DNA of 64,000 nucleotides from a virus (Duplodnaviria; Caudoviricetes), in IMG/VR virus record IMGVR_UViG_2974555854_000001, positions 1-64,000 of that record; one strand, written 5' to 3'. Shown in pieces: positions 8,347 through 18,465 of the stretch. The notes under the pieces were generated by a model that was not told the origin of the DNA, searched no databases, and saw only the letters and a program-made list of their open reading frames with translations. The translations under genes and the position numbers were made by a program. Within the stretch, counting starts at the first letter, position 1; each line of letters starts with the position of its first letter.

Positions 8347-8828
8347 AACTGGAAGAATTATTCGCTTTACAAAGTCAACTAGATGAACATATAATAAAAA
8401 CTAAGGGATTGACTAAAAGTCAACAAATGACTGATAAAAAAGTCATTGCGTTTAAAGTTGAATTTGGTGAATTCTTGAATGAGGTTAAGGACTTCAAGTT
8501 TTGGAGTAACAAACCAATGTCCGAAAAAGAAGTAGTCCTTGAAGAATTTGTAGATGGTATACATTTCTTGCTTACAGTGTCATTGGATAGACAATATGAT
8601 CGTTGGATTAAAGAAGTCGAAGGTGAATACTACGTTAAGACTAAAACGTTGGATCAGCTTTCGATGGAAGTATTCAATAACCGATTAACGTCTGCTGGTG
8701 AAGTAACTGATGCATTCGAAATGATGCTTGCTATTGCACATAAGTTAGGTTTCAGCGAAGAGGATATTCTTGCGGCGTATGATCGTAAGAATGGAATTAA
8801 CCACGACAGACAAGATCAAGGTTACTGA
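8334..8828 (+). CDS. dimeric (all-alpha) dUTPase
   Basis: VEFGEFLNE..FKFWS, LEEFVDGIHFLL, YDRKNGINHDRQ motifs. Confidence 0.85.
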   Translation: MVNVKLEELFALQSQLDEHIIKTKGLTKSQQMTDKKVIAFKVEFGEFLNEVKDFKFWSNKPMSEKEVVLEEFVDGIHFLLTVSLDRQYDRWIKEVEGEYYVKTKTLDQLSMEVFNNRLTSAGEVTDAFEMMLAIAHKLGFSEEDILAAYDRKNGINHDRQDQGY

Positions 8829-8877
8829 AATTGACTAACTAGTGTATACCCTTCTGCAAATTTTTTAAAGCTTGTAT

Positions 8878-8906
8878 GCATATTTCCCCTAAAAAGGGAT
8901 ATATTA
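8878..8906 (+). promoter_or_regulatory. candidate sigma-F-type promoter
   Basis: GCATA-N14-GGATATATTA versus consensus GYATA-N15-GGnnAnAnTA. Confidence 0.45.
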
Positions 8907-8941
8907 TAAACAACTACTAAAATTTGTGGAGGGATTTTTTT

Positions 8942-9562
8942 ATGAATAACACGTTTGAGACTGTGGAGTGGACACACGAAGAGGACTTACAACTAGGCGA
9001 AACAATGTTAGAAGTAATTGCTAATGGCGGCACGGTAAGAGAAGGGTTCGAAAAATATGCCAGTCGGTCAGATGTCAGAACGGTTACAGCTTCTAAATTT
9101 AGATTCTTCAGTGTCGTTAAAAAGTTGGATGGTTACGAAGAGAGATATGAACAAGCTAGAGTTTTGGGAGAAAAGTTAAGAAGAGGGAAAAAGACTAAGA
9201 ATAAAGTCAAACCTTCACAAGTTGAAAAAATGATGAACGAAGATTACGTTGTTTCACCTGAAGATTTCATGGTACTTGCTAGAAAATTCGTTGAGCAGCA
9301 AAAGGAAAACGATGTTGAACTAGCCCTAACCGAAAAGGATAAGGAAATAAATGATCTGAAAGATAAGGTTGAACAACTTCAATATAAATTAAAACAATCT
9401 AATATAGACATCGATGAATTAAAAACTCAACTAGAAGATAAGACAGAACAATTAAAAATAATTTCAACAGCTTTTGGAATGATTAATAATATCCAGGAGA
9501 ATGATAAAGATAATCCTAAACCTTATAAAGTCGATAAACATAGTATGGTGGTAACAAGTTAA
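8942..9562 (+). CDS. rsfA: RsfA/YlbO-family sporulation transcription regulator homologue
   Basis: WTHEEDLQLGETMLEVIANGGTVREGFE...RTVTASKFRFFSVVK matches the RsfA N-terminal domain; coiled-coil C-terminus. Confidence 0.75.
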   Translation: MNNTFETVEWTHEEDLQLGETMLEVIANGGTVREGFEKYASRSDVRTVTASKFRFFSVVKKLDGYEERYEQARVLGEKLRRGKKTKNKVKPSQVEKMMNEDYVVSPEDFMVLARKFVEQQKENDVELALTEKDKEINDLKDKVEQLQYKLKQSNIDIDELKTQLEDKTEQLKIISTAFGMINNIQENDKDNPKPYKVDKHSMVVTS

Positions 9563-9593
9563 GTTCTCTTCCTTCTTGGGAGGGGCTTTTTTT
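9563..9593 (+). terminator. intrinsic terminator
   Basis: purine/pyrimidine hairpin plus T7 after the rsfA-like gene. Confidence 0.55.
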
Positions 9594-9630
9594 GTTTAAT
9601 TACATATAAAGGTACATCACTTTTGTATTA

Positions 9631-9939
9631 ATGGTAGTAACTATTAATGAAAAGGTGGTGTTTGTGGTGGAATGTGAAGTATTTAGAACTGCTGAAGAGG
9701 AATTCAGAGCTTCTTTAAAAAGTTGGGGTGAGGATGATAACAGGCCCTTTATTCGCGTAAAAGAAAACAAACGACAAGATAAGATTCACTATGAATTAAA
9801 ACATAAAAGGATTTTGGAAGAGAAATTGGGAATATCCAGGTTAACAGGAGATAGTCTTGATAACATCAATTTGATTGATGCTTTTGGTGATATGTATTCA
9901 CGTACAGGAAATATTAAAGATTTTAGTGGAGGTTTTTAA
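9631..9939 (+). CDS. hypothetical protein
   Basis: ORF; true start likely a GTG after AAAGGTGGTG. Confidence 0.55.
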   Translation: MVVTINEKVVFVVECEVFRTAEEEFRASLKSWGEDDNRPFIRVKENKRQDKIHYELKHKRILEEKLGISRLTGDSLDNINLIDAFGDMYSRTGNIKDFSGGF

Positions 9940-9940
9940 A

Positions 9941-10699
9941 ATGGAATATCAAGTTGTAAAGTTAGGCAAAGCAAAGCAACACAACGTATTCTTATCCAAT
10001 GATATTCATGTTGGATCAGAAGCACTTGATGAAGAATTTTTAGATCGTTATTTTAAAGAGGTCGAAAAGGATTATGATAATTCATCTATTTTAATCAATG
10101 GTGATATTTTTGAAATGGTTACAAAGAGTTCTAAAGGTGATGTATTTGAGCAAGTGTTAAGCCCTAAAGAACAAGTCGATAGAGCTGTTGAAATCTACCG
10201 GCCCTATAAAGAATTAATCAAGCGTGTAACATCAGGAAACCACGATCAACGCCTTGAGAATGAATGTAGCTTTGATGCAGTAGAAATGTTTTGCCGCTAT
10301 CTAGGAATTGAAGATAAATATGCCGGTACTGAAGGAATCACTGGATTTTCTTTCAACAAAAAGATATATAACGTTCACCAATTCCACGGTGTAGGTGGTG
10401 GATCGACTTTAGCAGCTGTTGAAAACAATCTCAAAAGATATCGTTCAAAATCTCATGCTCATGTAACTTATTGTGGACACTTTCATAAACAATATGCTAA
10501 ACCAATTAAACATTTCGCTATCGATCCATTCAATAAGGTTGTGCGCGAAGAAAAGCATTGGTTAGTGTGCGGTAATACTTGTGTTCAGACAGCTAAGTAC
10601 GCTAAAAAGTTTGGTTATGAAGAATCATTTCCTTCTCAAGCTGTTCTTCGATTAGCTGGTAGAGGTGAAAAACAAATTGATGTAGATTGGATATATTAA
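9941..10699 (+). CDS. calcineurin-like metallophosphoesterase
   Basis: DIH, GD, GNHD, FHG, GHFH motifs; start set at the ATG after GGAGG. Confidence 0.85.
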   Translation: MEYQVVKLGKAKQHNVFLSNDIHVGSEALDEEFLDRYFKEVEKDYDNSSILINGDIFEMVTKSSKGDVFEQVLSPKEQVDRAVEIYRPYKELIKRVTSGNHDQRLENECSFDAVEMFCRYLGIEDKYAGTEGITGFSFNKKIYNVHQFHGVGGGSTLAAVENNLKRYRSKSHAHVTYCGHFHKQYAKPIKHFAIDPFNKVVREEKHWLVCGNTCVQTAKYAKKFGYEESFPSQAVLRLAGRGEKQIDVDWIY

Positions 10700-10738
10700 C
10701 CACGTTTATTAAAGTTATATTACATTTTTGGAAAAACC

Positions 10739-10768
10739 GAGAAATAGGTACAACTTTATGGTATTTTA
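10739..10768 (+). promoter_or_regulatory. phage late promoter
   Basis: GAGAAA-N17-TATTTTA. Confidence 0.6.
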
Positions 10769-10938
10769 ATTATAGATTATTTTTATATTATAATTAATAA
10801 TAATTAAGTTAATAACAATTAGAATTGCATTCAGCAATCGAAAATCAAAGATTTCCGACATAGTTATTAAGTAAATATTATTAAAGTAAATGTTATTAAA
10901 TATATAATAGTCAATAATAACGATAGGGGAAAGACAAC

Positions 10939-11565
10939 ATGAAAAAACTTGCACAAGTCGGTATCATATCGTCTGTACTACTAAGTTTCGGTTTTGCTGC
11001 TAATGCTGAAGCTGCTGAAACGCACACTGTAACAAGTGGTGACACTATGAACAAAATCGCAGCATCAAACGGCATGAGCCTGGATAGCTTAATCGCTAAA
11101 AATCCACAAATTAAAAATCCTAACATGATTTATGTTGGACAAGCTGTAAATGTAGGTGGACAAACTTCTGTTCCTGCTGCTACAACCGCTACGATTTCTT
11201 CTAACGGTATTTCTTCCAGTGATAAGGATTTAATGGCACGTTTGGTTAGAGCTGAAGCACAAGGAGAACCATACGCAGGAAAGGTAGCTGTAGCAACAGT
11301 TATTCTAAATCGTGTATCAAGTCCTGATTTCCCAAATACAATTAGTGCGGTAATTAATCAATCCGGTCAATTCTCACCTGTTAGTAATGGAGAAATAAAC
11401 AAAGCTGCTGATGCAGATTCTATCAGGGCCGTGAATGAAGCTATCACTAATAGAGGTCAAGGTGCTGGATCACTCTTCTTCTATAATCCAAAAACTAGTA
11501 CGAATACATGGATTACACATCGTCCGGTTACAATTGTAATCGCTAACCATACATTCGCTAAATAA
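10939..11565 (+). CDS. secreted LysM + Hydrolase_2 (SleB/CwlJ-type) cell-wall hydrolase
   Basis: signal peptide ending AEA; LysM HTVTSGDTMNKIA...NPNMIYVGQ; LMARLVRAEAQGEPYAGKVAVATVILNRV...QFSPV. Confidence 0.9.
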   Translation: MKKLAQVGIISSVLLSFGFAANAEAAETHTVTSGDTMNKIAASNGMSLDSLIAKNPQIKNPNMIYVGQAVNVGGQTSVPAATTATISSNGISSSDKDLMARLVRAEAQGEPYAGKVAVATVILNRVSSPDFPNTISAVINQSGQFSPVSNGEINKAADADSIRAVNEAITNRGQGAGSLFFYNPKTSTNTWITHRPVTIVIANHTFAK

Positions 11566-11572
11566 TCAACTT

Positions 11573-11602
11573 GATAAAAATTCCCAACGTACAGGTATTA
11601 AT
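11573..11602 (+). promoter_or_regulatory. phage late promoter
   Basis: GATAAA-N17-TATTAAT. Confidence 0.6.
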
Positions 11603-11654
11603 CTTTATAGATTAACGCTTGTGCGTTTTTATTTTGTTCAAAGGAGTGGATTAT

Positions 11655-12524
11655 ATGAGTGATAATAATTTCCAGGAGTATCTTACTAGGGATGATAAGA
11701 TATTCAAAACTAACGTCACGCTAGGTAAAGTAAACACAAAAGATTACGACTTGGAGCTGCTGGAATTAGCTGAACAACGTGTACAAAAAGGCACGAACAA
11801 GTCAGTAGAAACAGCATTAAAAAGCTTAGTCCATCTGAAGAAAGGAAAAGCTTCTATTGGTAGAAAGTCTGATCCTAACGAAATTGAATTAGATGAATAT
11901 GGTCTTCATCCTGATTTGTATACACCTCAACAGATGAATTTGATTAAAAAAATCATTGAATCGTATTATACAACCGCTGATGTTTCTACACCTTTCCAAC
12001 AATCAGGTGTAATTCGTTTAGCCAAACTCGAAGCTAACATTGCTGAAGTTGAAATTCTTGTTGCTAAGAAAAAATTGAAAGAGGATATCGAAAAGCTTGA
12101 GAAATTAAATACAATGCATCTTAAATTATCAGACAGTTTGAAATTAACAACCAAACAAGCTTCTGATGGTGCTAAAGGCGAAGATATTTTATCTAATGCT
12201 TGCATCGCTTTTGAAGAAACGTTCTCTAATGACAAATTCGAATTCCCTAGCATTGAATTAAGGGATCGTTTGCAAGAAATTCTTATCTCGAAAGCTGATC
12301 TTATCGTAAAACTCATTGGTGAGTCAAAAACTTATTATCATTTTAAGAAAGCTTTGATCGAAAATACCGGCCTGGAAATGTCTGATGCAGAAGATATCGG
12401 TGAGTTTACAATTGCTGAATTATTTGATTGTTTCAAGATTTTCGAAGATAGAAAAATGATCGAAGACAAGAATGAAACGACTTATGATGATTCAATCGTT
12501 CACCGTAAAGATGAAGGGTTGTGA
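11655..12524 (+). CDS. putative terminase small subunit
   Basis: directly upstream of the terminase large subunit; helical; SPbeta-like arrangement. Confidence 0.5.
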   Translation: MSDNNFQEYLTRDDKIFKTNVTLGKVNTKDYDLELLELAEQRVQKGTNKSVETALKSLVHLKKGKASIGRKSDPNEIELDEYGLHPDLYTPQQMNLIKKIIESYYTTADVSTPFQQSGVIRLAKLEANIAEVEILVAKKKLKEDIEKLEKLNTMHLKLSDSLKLTTKQASDGAKGEDILSNACIAFEETFSNDKFEFPSIELRDRLQEILISKADLIVKLIGESKTYYHFKKALIENTGLEMSDAEDIGEFTIAELFDCFKIFEDRKMIEDKNETTYDDSIVHRKDEGL

Positions 12525-12528
12525 TTAA

Positions 12529-14175
12529 ATGCGTAGGATAACGATGGACTATAACCCTAGTCCTTTAAATAAGAATCGAAGACAATATATCCGTGACTAT
12601 CGAAAAGGCGTTAGACGAATGCACGTTGACTATATTGATTTAATTTGGTATTACCGCGATCATCCAGTAGAAGCTTGTCAAGATTTACTGAAGATCAATT
12701 TAATGCCATATCAGAAAGAAATCCTTCGTAAAAGTTGGGGTAAAGCTTTCCCATTGTGGGTTATGTCTCGTGGTAGTGGTAAATCATATTTAGCTGCTAT
12801 TGATATGGGCCTTAATGTTTTGTTATTCCCACGTATGCGCGTAGGTATTATTGCGCCTTCTTATCGTCAGTCAAAATTCTTGTTCTTGAAATTTAAAGAA
12901 GAAGTTTATGACCGATCACCACTGATCCGAAAACAATGTGTTAAAGCTCCATCTACAGGTATGGAACAATGTATCGTTCATTTTAAAAATGGTTCTTTCA
13001 TCCAGGCTTTACCGTTTGGTGCAAATAGTGGCGGTGCTAACATCCGTGGTCAACGTTATAACCTTGTTTATGTAGATGAATATGCAGCGATTGACGAACA
13101 CATTGTACGTCTAGTTGTAGAACCAATGTTAACAGTTAAACGTAACTTCGATCCTAACAATCCTGAAGCTTCAGATTCAAACAGAATCGTTATTTTCTCT
13201 TCAGCATACTATACGTTCAATCACTTCTATAACACGACACAGCGCTATTTAAACCGTGTTAAACAGGGCGATGATGACTACTATGTTGCTATCGTGGATT
13301 ACCGTATGCCGTTGAAGTATGGATTGTATGATGAAAAAGCTATTGCAAAAGCAAAGCGCGATAATACTGAAGGAGATTTCTTAATGGAGTACGCTTCTGT
13401 ATTCCAATCTGAATCAATGGGTACGTGGATACCTACCTCATTATTTGACCGTAAGATTGTATTCGATCAGAACCTTGAACCTATGACTGAAGGTGATCCA
13501 AATAAAAAGTATTGGCTACTTTGTGACTTCTCTATCTCAAAAGCTGATACAGCTGATAATACAACATTCCTAGTTGCTGAATATGATCCTGCTGGACAAG
13601 CAAAGATCGTTAGTCTTAAAGCACAAAAAGGTATGGAGCTTCACGAAATCCATGCTGAAATCCGTGACATTTACAGACGTTTTAATTTAACTAATGTAAC
13701 AATGGACGGTGAGAAATTAGGTCTAGCGATTAAAGGTTACTTGACTCAACCTTACATTTGCCCAAAAACAAATATCGAAATGCCGCCTATGATCGATGTA
13801 GAAGATGCTAAACATCAACCTGATATCGTTGGTGATAAAATCCTTCACTTAATTAGACATAGCAGCGAATTGAACCACATCTTAGGTTTATCTTCTAAAC
13901 GTATGGTGGAGCAAGGTAAAATCATTATGCCTGTTCTTCAAGATCGTCACGAAGAAACAGAAATTGAAATGATGTTCCTGGATATGATAGCTCTCAAGAA
14001 AGAGGTAACAAACATCAAAGCTGTTCCTAATGGAATGTATTACAAATTCGAACAAGAAAAGAATTCAGGTCTTAAACGTGATAGATGGACGGTCTTTTCT
14101 TACCTTTGTAAAACACTTGAAGACCATATGAACAAAGAAGATGAAGAATTTTTCTACTTAGATGTTATTTCTTGA
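12529..14175 (+). CDS. terL: terminase large subunit
   Basis: Walker A SRGSGKS, Walker B VYVDEY, nuclease LLCD...DN and DRW. Confidence 0.9.
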   Translation: MRRITMDYNPSPLNKNRRQYIRDYRKGVRRMHVDYIDLIWYYRDHPVEACQDLLKINLMPYQKEILRKSWGKAFPLWVMSRGSGKSYLAAIDMGLNVLLFPRMRVGIIAPSYRQSKFLFLKFKEEVYDRSPLIRKQCVKAPSTGMEQCIVHFKNGSFIQALPFGANSGGANIRGQRYNLVYVDEYAAIDEHIVRLVVEPMLTVKRNFDPNNPEASDSNRIVIFSSAYYTFNHFYNTTQRYLNRVKQGDDDYYVAIVDYRMPLKYGLYDEKAIAKAKRDNTEGDFLMEYASVFQSESMGTWIPTSLFDRKIVFDQNLEPMTEGDPNKKYWLLCDFSISKADTADNTTFLVAEYDPAGQAKIVSLKAQKGMELHEIHAEIRDIYRRFNLTNVTMDGEKLGLAIKGYLTQPYICPKTNIEMPPMIDVEDAKHQPDIVGDKILHLIRHSSELNHILGLSSKRMVEQGKIIMPVLQDRHEETEIEMMFLDMIALKKEVTNIKAVPNGMYYKFEQEKNSGLKRDRWTVFSYLCKTLEDHMNKEDEEFFYLDVIS

Positions 14176-14203
14176 GAAATTTGGTACAAACGTCTGTATT
14201 AAT
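14174..14203 (+). promoter_or_regulatory. phage late promoter
   Basis: GAGAAA-N17-TATTAAT. Confidence 0.75.
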
Positions 14204-14239
14204 GACTGTAGTTAAGCGAATAGAAGGGAGGTTAGATGT

Positions 14240-15592
14240 TTGGAAGAAGAATTAGCAAATGGAAGTTATAAACCCAAACTACCTGATACAATCGCTTCGC
14301 ATGACAAAGAAGGCTATGATCGAATTGCTTCAGTTTCCAATGTGAAATTTGAAAGTAATGAATTGTTAGCTGACTATCAAAACAATTTCAAGAAGATTGT
14401 TCAATTGGCCCATTTCTACACCGATAAGGTAGGGGTAATCAAATCAGCTATTCGTGTTTATGTGACGTTTACCGCTGGTGACATCGTTTTAGATGGTGGG
14501 CAAAAGAAAAACCTGGAATTTATAGAAGAATTCAATAAGAAGGTTAAAATGAATAAGGTTGTTCGTCAATCTACTCAAGACCTTTACAAAACAGGAAATT
14601 TCTTTTGGTATCGTGAGACTGAAGGAACTGAAACCGTTTGGATTCATCAATTCTCACCAATCGATACCAATTTAAAGGGCCATCGCAGAGATCGTCCGAT
14701 TATGACCGTTAATTTAGACACTGATCCGGAAACTATACCACCAGGACTTACACGTAATGCTTTAGGTGAGTATAGCGTACCAATCGATAAAGCTTACCAT
14801 TGTGCTATTGATCGTGAAGCCTATACACGATACGGAAAAACAATTCTAACTCCCACATTTGAACCTGTACAACATATACAAGATTTAATGGATATGGAGA
14901 AAGAAACTGTAAAGGAAGTTGTTGAATTCTTAATCATCTTTACATTAGGTGACAAAGATCGTCCTGCTGGTGAGAAACAATTGCAAGCATTGAGCGATAA
15001 AGTTAAGAATTTGAAATCGACTTCACGTTTAGTTGGTAATCATACGTTGAAAGCTGAAGCAATTAAACCTGATTTAGCTGTCTTCAATCCTGAAAAGTAT
15101 GAAGTGCCAATGCAAATGTTACTACAGTCACTAGGAATTGTCCCTTCCATTTTCACCGGTGAAGGCTCATACGCAACTAGTTCTGTTGGTATGCAGAGCG
15201 CTAAACAGACAATGGAATCAGCAAGGAAAGAAATTGTTGAAGCATTGACTGATTTATATAGAGACGTTGCGAAAGAAGCAGGATTAAACCCTGATAAAAA
15301 CCCGACTGTTTCTCTAGGATCAATCGCACTAAATGACGAAAAAATTAAACATGCTATTCTTCGTGATCTATACCTTGATGGTATCATTTCTGCTGAAACA
15401 TACGCAGCTGAAAGTGGTTACGATTTAGAACATGAGCAAATGGAAATTAAAGATGAAAACAGCAAGTTTGACATTCAACCACGTCAAATGTCTTCTACAT
15501 TATCTAATAAAGACGGTGGAAGACCTGAAGAAGATGGTGAGGTTAACAAGCCTGACCAAAGCAAGAAACCTTCATCTGATGGTATGGACTAA
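14240..15592 (+). CDS. portal protein
   Basis: 450 aa after terL; GVIKSAIRVYVTF, LYKTGNFFWY, LGIVPSI, GIISAETY pattern. Confidence 0.8.
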   Translation: MEEELANGSYKPKLPDTIASHDKEGYDRIASVSNVKFESNELLADYQNNFKKIVQLAHFYTDKVGVIKSAIRVYVTFTAGDIVLDGGQKKNLEFIEEFNKKVKMNKVVRQSTQDLYKTGNFFWYRETEGTETVWIHQFSPIDTNLKGHRRDRPIMTVNLDTDPETIPPGLTRNALGEYSVPIDKAYHCAIDREAYTRYGKTILTPTFEPVQHIQDLMDMEKETVKEVVEFLIIFTLGDKDRPAGEKQLQALSDKVKNLKSTSRLVGNHTLKAEAIKPDLAVFNPEKYEVPMQMLLQSLGIVPSIFTGEGSYATSSVGMQSAKQTMESARKEIVEALTDLYRDVAKEAGLNPDKNPTVSLGSIALNDEKIKHAILRDLYLDGIISAETYAAESGYDLEHEQMEIKDENSKFDIQPRQMSSTLSNKDGGRPEEDGEVNKPDQSKKPSSDGMD

Positions 15593-15611
15593 TGAAGGGA
15601 GGTGAACGAAA

Positions 15612-16634
15612 TTGAAAGTGTTTCGTAATAAGGTTAATAAGTTTGAATTGGCAAATAACAAAGAGCACATTGACATCAAATATATTTTAGCTAGTTCTAT
15701 TCCTAACTTTAACGGTGCTTTGTTCACTGAAGAAGAATTAGAAGCAGCTGAAAAGTCGATTGTTAATGAACCGCTTATTATCGTTCCTTCCTTCATCAAT
15801 TTACCTACTGGACATTCTGTAACAGATTTTCCAAAGTTAGGTGATGATGCAAAAATCATCGGTACACATATCGCTTCAGAACTTCAAAAAGATGGTGATG
15901 TCACTCACCTAGTAACTACTGCTAGGGTTTGGAAAATTCGTCATCCTGAAATTGCTCAAGAAATGGAGCAGCTACATGATAACGGTGAATTAACATTCAG
16001 TATGGAATGCCATTATAACCATTCTGAAGTTGCTGAAGGTGGAGTTAGAGCTTTAAAAGGAGTTAAGTTTATCGGAAGTGCCGTGGTTGATGATCCAGCA
16101 AATCCGTTTTCTTATTCTTTAGAAGTCGCTAACAAACATAAACAAGGAGGTCATGGGAAAATGACATTAGAAGAAGCCCTACAAAAAATCGGTCAAATGG
16201 AAGCAGCTGCTAAAACTCAATCTGAAGAATTGAAGAAAGTTGTAGCTGATCTTGAAGTAGCTCAAAAAGCGAAAAAAGAATTAGAAGCAGCTAAAGCTAC
16301 TTTAACAGAAACATTAGAAACTGCTAATAAAAATCTTGAAGCTGCTACTGAACAAGTAAAAGCATTCGAGACTGAAAAAGCAGAAAAAGAAAAAGCTGAA
16401 TTAGCTGAAAAACGTTTTACTGAAATGGCTCAATTCGTGAAATTCGAAGAAGCTGAAGTTGCTGCTAAGAAAGAAAGTTTCGCTGGTATGTCTGAAGATA
16501 TTTTTGCTTTAGTTCTTGAAACAGCTAAACGTTCTCAACCAGCAGGAAATAGTGAATTCGCTGGTATCACATCAGACACTAAAATTGATCTGTCAGGTTC
16601 TAAAGGTTTCCTTGACGGAATCGAAAACGACTAA
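15612..16634 (+). CDS. prohead protease/scaffold fusion
   Basis: PNFNG...FSMEC...FIGSAVVDDPANP protease-like half plus an Ala/Glu/Lys coiled-coil C-terminus. Confidence 0.75.
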   Translation: MKVFRNKVNKFELANNKEHIDIKYILASSIPNFNGALFTEEELEAAEKSIVNEPLIIVPSFINLPTGHSVTDFPKLGDDAKIIGTHIASELQKDGDVTHLVTTARVWKIRHPEIAQEMEQLHDNGELTFSMECHYNHSEVAEGGVRALKGVKFIGSAVVDDPANPFSYSLEVANKHKQGGHGKMTLEEALQKIGQMEAAAKTQSEELKKVVADLEVAQKAKKELEAAKATLTETLETANKNLEAATEQVKAFETEKAEKEKAELAEKRFTEMAQFVKFEEAEVAAKKESFAGMSEDIFALVLETAKRSQPAGNSEFAGITSDTKIDLSGSKGFLDGIEND

Positions 16635-16652
16635 TCAGGAGGTTAAAAAATT

Positions 16653-17066
16653 ATGGCTACAAATAAAGTTTCTTTTTACTACCGTAAAGATTTAAACGTA
16701 ACTAAACACGGTGAATATAAAGCCGCTGCTGCAATGCCATTTGGTACTGCTGTTAAACGTAATGACGTAACACTTGAAGCTGAAGTTGCTGCTAATAGTG
16801 CTGAATTCGAAGGTGTTGTTGACAAAGTAATCTTCAACGTACAAGGCCCTGATGACCTTACTATCGCTGCTAAAGAACGTTGCCGCGTAGGTGTTGGTAA
16901 AGATTATGAAATCGTTCTTATGAAAGATAAACTTGGATCAACTGTTGCTGTCGGTGATGCTATCGAAGTAAAAGCTGGTAAATTCCAAAAGAAAACAACT
17001 GATACTGCTGTAGGTAAAGTAGTAGCTATTTTCCCAAATGGCGAAACTGTACTTCGCATTAACTAA
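16653..17066 (+). CDS. head decoration/cement protein
   Basis: 137 aa between scaffold and capsid; high-expression codons. Confidence 0.6.
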   Translation: MATNKVSFYYRKDLNVTKHGEYKAAAAMPFGTAVKRNDVTLEAEVAANSAEFEGVVDKVIFNVQGPDDLTIAAKERCRVGVGKDYEIVLMKDKLGSTVAVGDAIEVKAGKFQKKTTDTAVGKVVAIFPNGETVLRIN

Positions 17067-17083
17067 TAGGAGGTTAACAAGAT

Positions 17084-18022
17084 ATGCCATCATATACTAA
17101 AGCTCAACGCGATAAATTTATTGAACAAGTTCGTAAATATGCAAATGCTACACGTTTAGATGAAGCTGGTAAAAAACTAGAGAAGCGTATTGCTGCAATG
17201 GCTAAAACACCTCAAGGTATGAATGAGTTAGCACAACTTATCACTGAAAACCTTGAAGAAGAAATGCAAGCATATGATTTACGTCCTCTATTATTCGAAA
17301 CTAAACCACGTAAACTTTTAGAAGTGGTTGAATACAAACGTAAAGGTAAATTCCGTGCTTACCGTACAACTCGCGGTGGTTACGTTCCTAAGTCTCAAGT
17401 ATTCCAGGATACAGTAAAAGCACAACCTGAAGAGTTCTCAGTACGTCCAGCTTGTCACTTACTACAATTAGAAACAGGCCGTATCTCTTCTGTTAACGAT
17501 CTTATTACAGGTGCTCGTGAAGCTCTATTAACTGAATATGCTCGTTATTTCTACGCTACACTTGAAGCTGTTAATGCTAGTGATACAACTGGAACACTTA
17601 AAGCTCAAGTAACAGGCGAAGTTGACAAAACAACTTTAGATAAAATGTTACACGCTGCTTCTGCAAAAGGTGGACAAGTATCTATCGTAGGTACTCACAC
17701 TTCATTAGCTCCAATCCTTGATTTCGAAGGTTTCACTGATACTCAAAAAGATGAAATCATGCGTACAGGTGATTTAGGTGTTTACCGTGGTGCTAACCTA
17801 GTTAAGTTAGAAGAATTCCTTGATGCTGATGATTTAGAAGTAATCAAACACGATACTATCTTTATCGTTACTCGTAAAGCTGGATATGTTGATGATTTCG
17901 GTGAAATTCGTTCTCGTGAAATTATCGATGCTGAACATGACGAATTCTCTATCTTAATGCGTAAAGAGTGGGGCTTCACTGTACTTTACCCTGAATACGT
18001 TCGTATGATTAAGATTGTCTAA
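17084..18022 (+). CDS. major capsid protein
   Basis: 312 aa, strongest codon bias, position, GDLGVYRGANLV motif, downstream hairpin. Confidence 0.85.
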   Translation: MPSYTKAQRDKFIEQVRKYANATRLDEAGKKLEKRIAAMAKTPQGMNELAQLITENLEEEMQAYDLRPLLFETKPRKLLEVVEYKRKGKFRAYRTTRGGYVPKSQVFQDTVKAQPEEFSVRPACHLLQLETGRISSVNDLITGAREALLTEYARYFYATLEAVNASDTTGTLKAQVTGEVDKTTLDKMLHAASAKGGQVSIVGTHTSLAPILDFEGFTDTQKDEIMRTGDLGVYRGANLVKLEEFLDADDLEVIKHDTIFIVTRKAGYVDDFGEIRSREIIDAEHDEFSILMRKEWGFTVLYPEYVRMIKIV

Positions 18023-18032
18023 TAAAATATCG

Positions 18033-18051
18033 GAGGGGTTAAATCCCCTTC
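18033..18051 (+). terminator. hairpin after the capsid gene
   Basis: GAGGGG-TTAAAT-CCCCTT. Confidence 0.5.
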
Positions 18052-18075
18052 TTATCTTTAAAGGAGTGGAATGGA

Positions 18076-18465
18076 ATGGCTGAAAAAGAAATCGTTTTAA
18101 TCAATAATGCTGGTCAACTTTTTACAATTAACTTTATGGGTGCTTTCCCTGTCAACAAGTGGGCTAATCCAGGTGGTAAATATTATTTATCTCAAAAAGA
18201 ATACGACTTCGTTAAATCGAATTATAGTCATATTTTAGGTAAGCAACTTGTACATGAAGGTGAAGAAGCTGAAGCCTATAACCAAATTGATGAAGTTTCT
18301 CCTGAAGCATTTTTCACAATGCATCACACGAAACAAAAAGCAGCGATTAAAGAAATGTCTGATGAAAAATTGCAGCAACTTCTTGATTACGCTGACTTAA
18401 ATGAAATCAATAAGAAAATTGTGAAAGAGATCGAAGACCAATACCTACAGAACGAAGGTGAATGA
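18076..18465 (+). CDS. hypothetical virion-associated protein
   Basis: head module position; AAGGAG RBS. Confidence 0.6.
   Translation: MAEKEIVLINNAGQLFTINFMGAFPVNKWANPGGKYYLSQKEYDFVKSNYSHILGKQLVHEGEEAEAYNQIDEVSPEAFFTMHHTKQKAAIKEMSDEKLQQLLDYADLNEINKKIVKEIEDQYLQNEGE

Noticed and set aside
10770-10938. c-di-AMP or other riboswitch before the LysM hydrolase
   Set aside because: The sequence is too AT-rich and lacks recognisable conserved riboswitch motifs.
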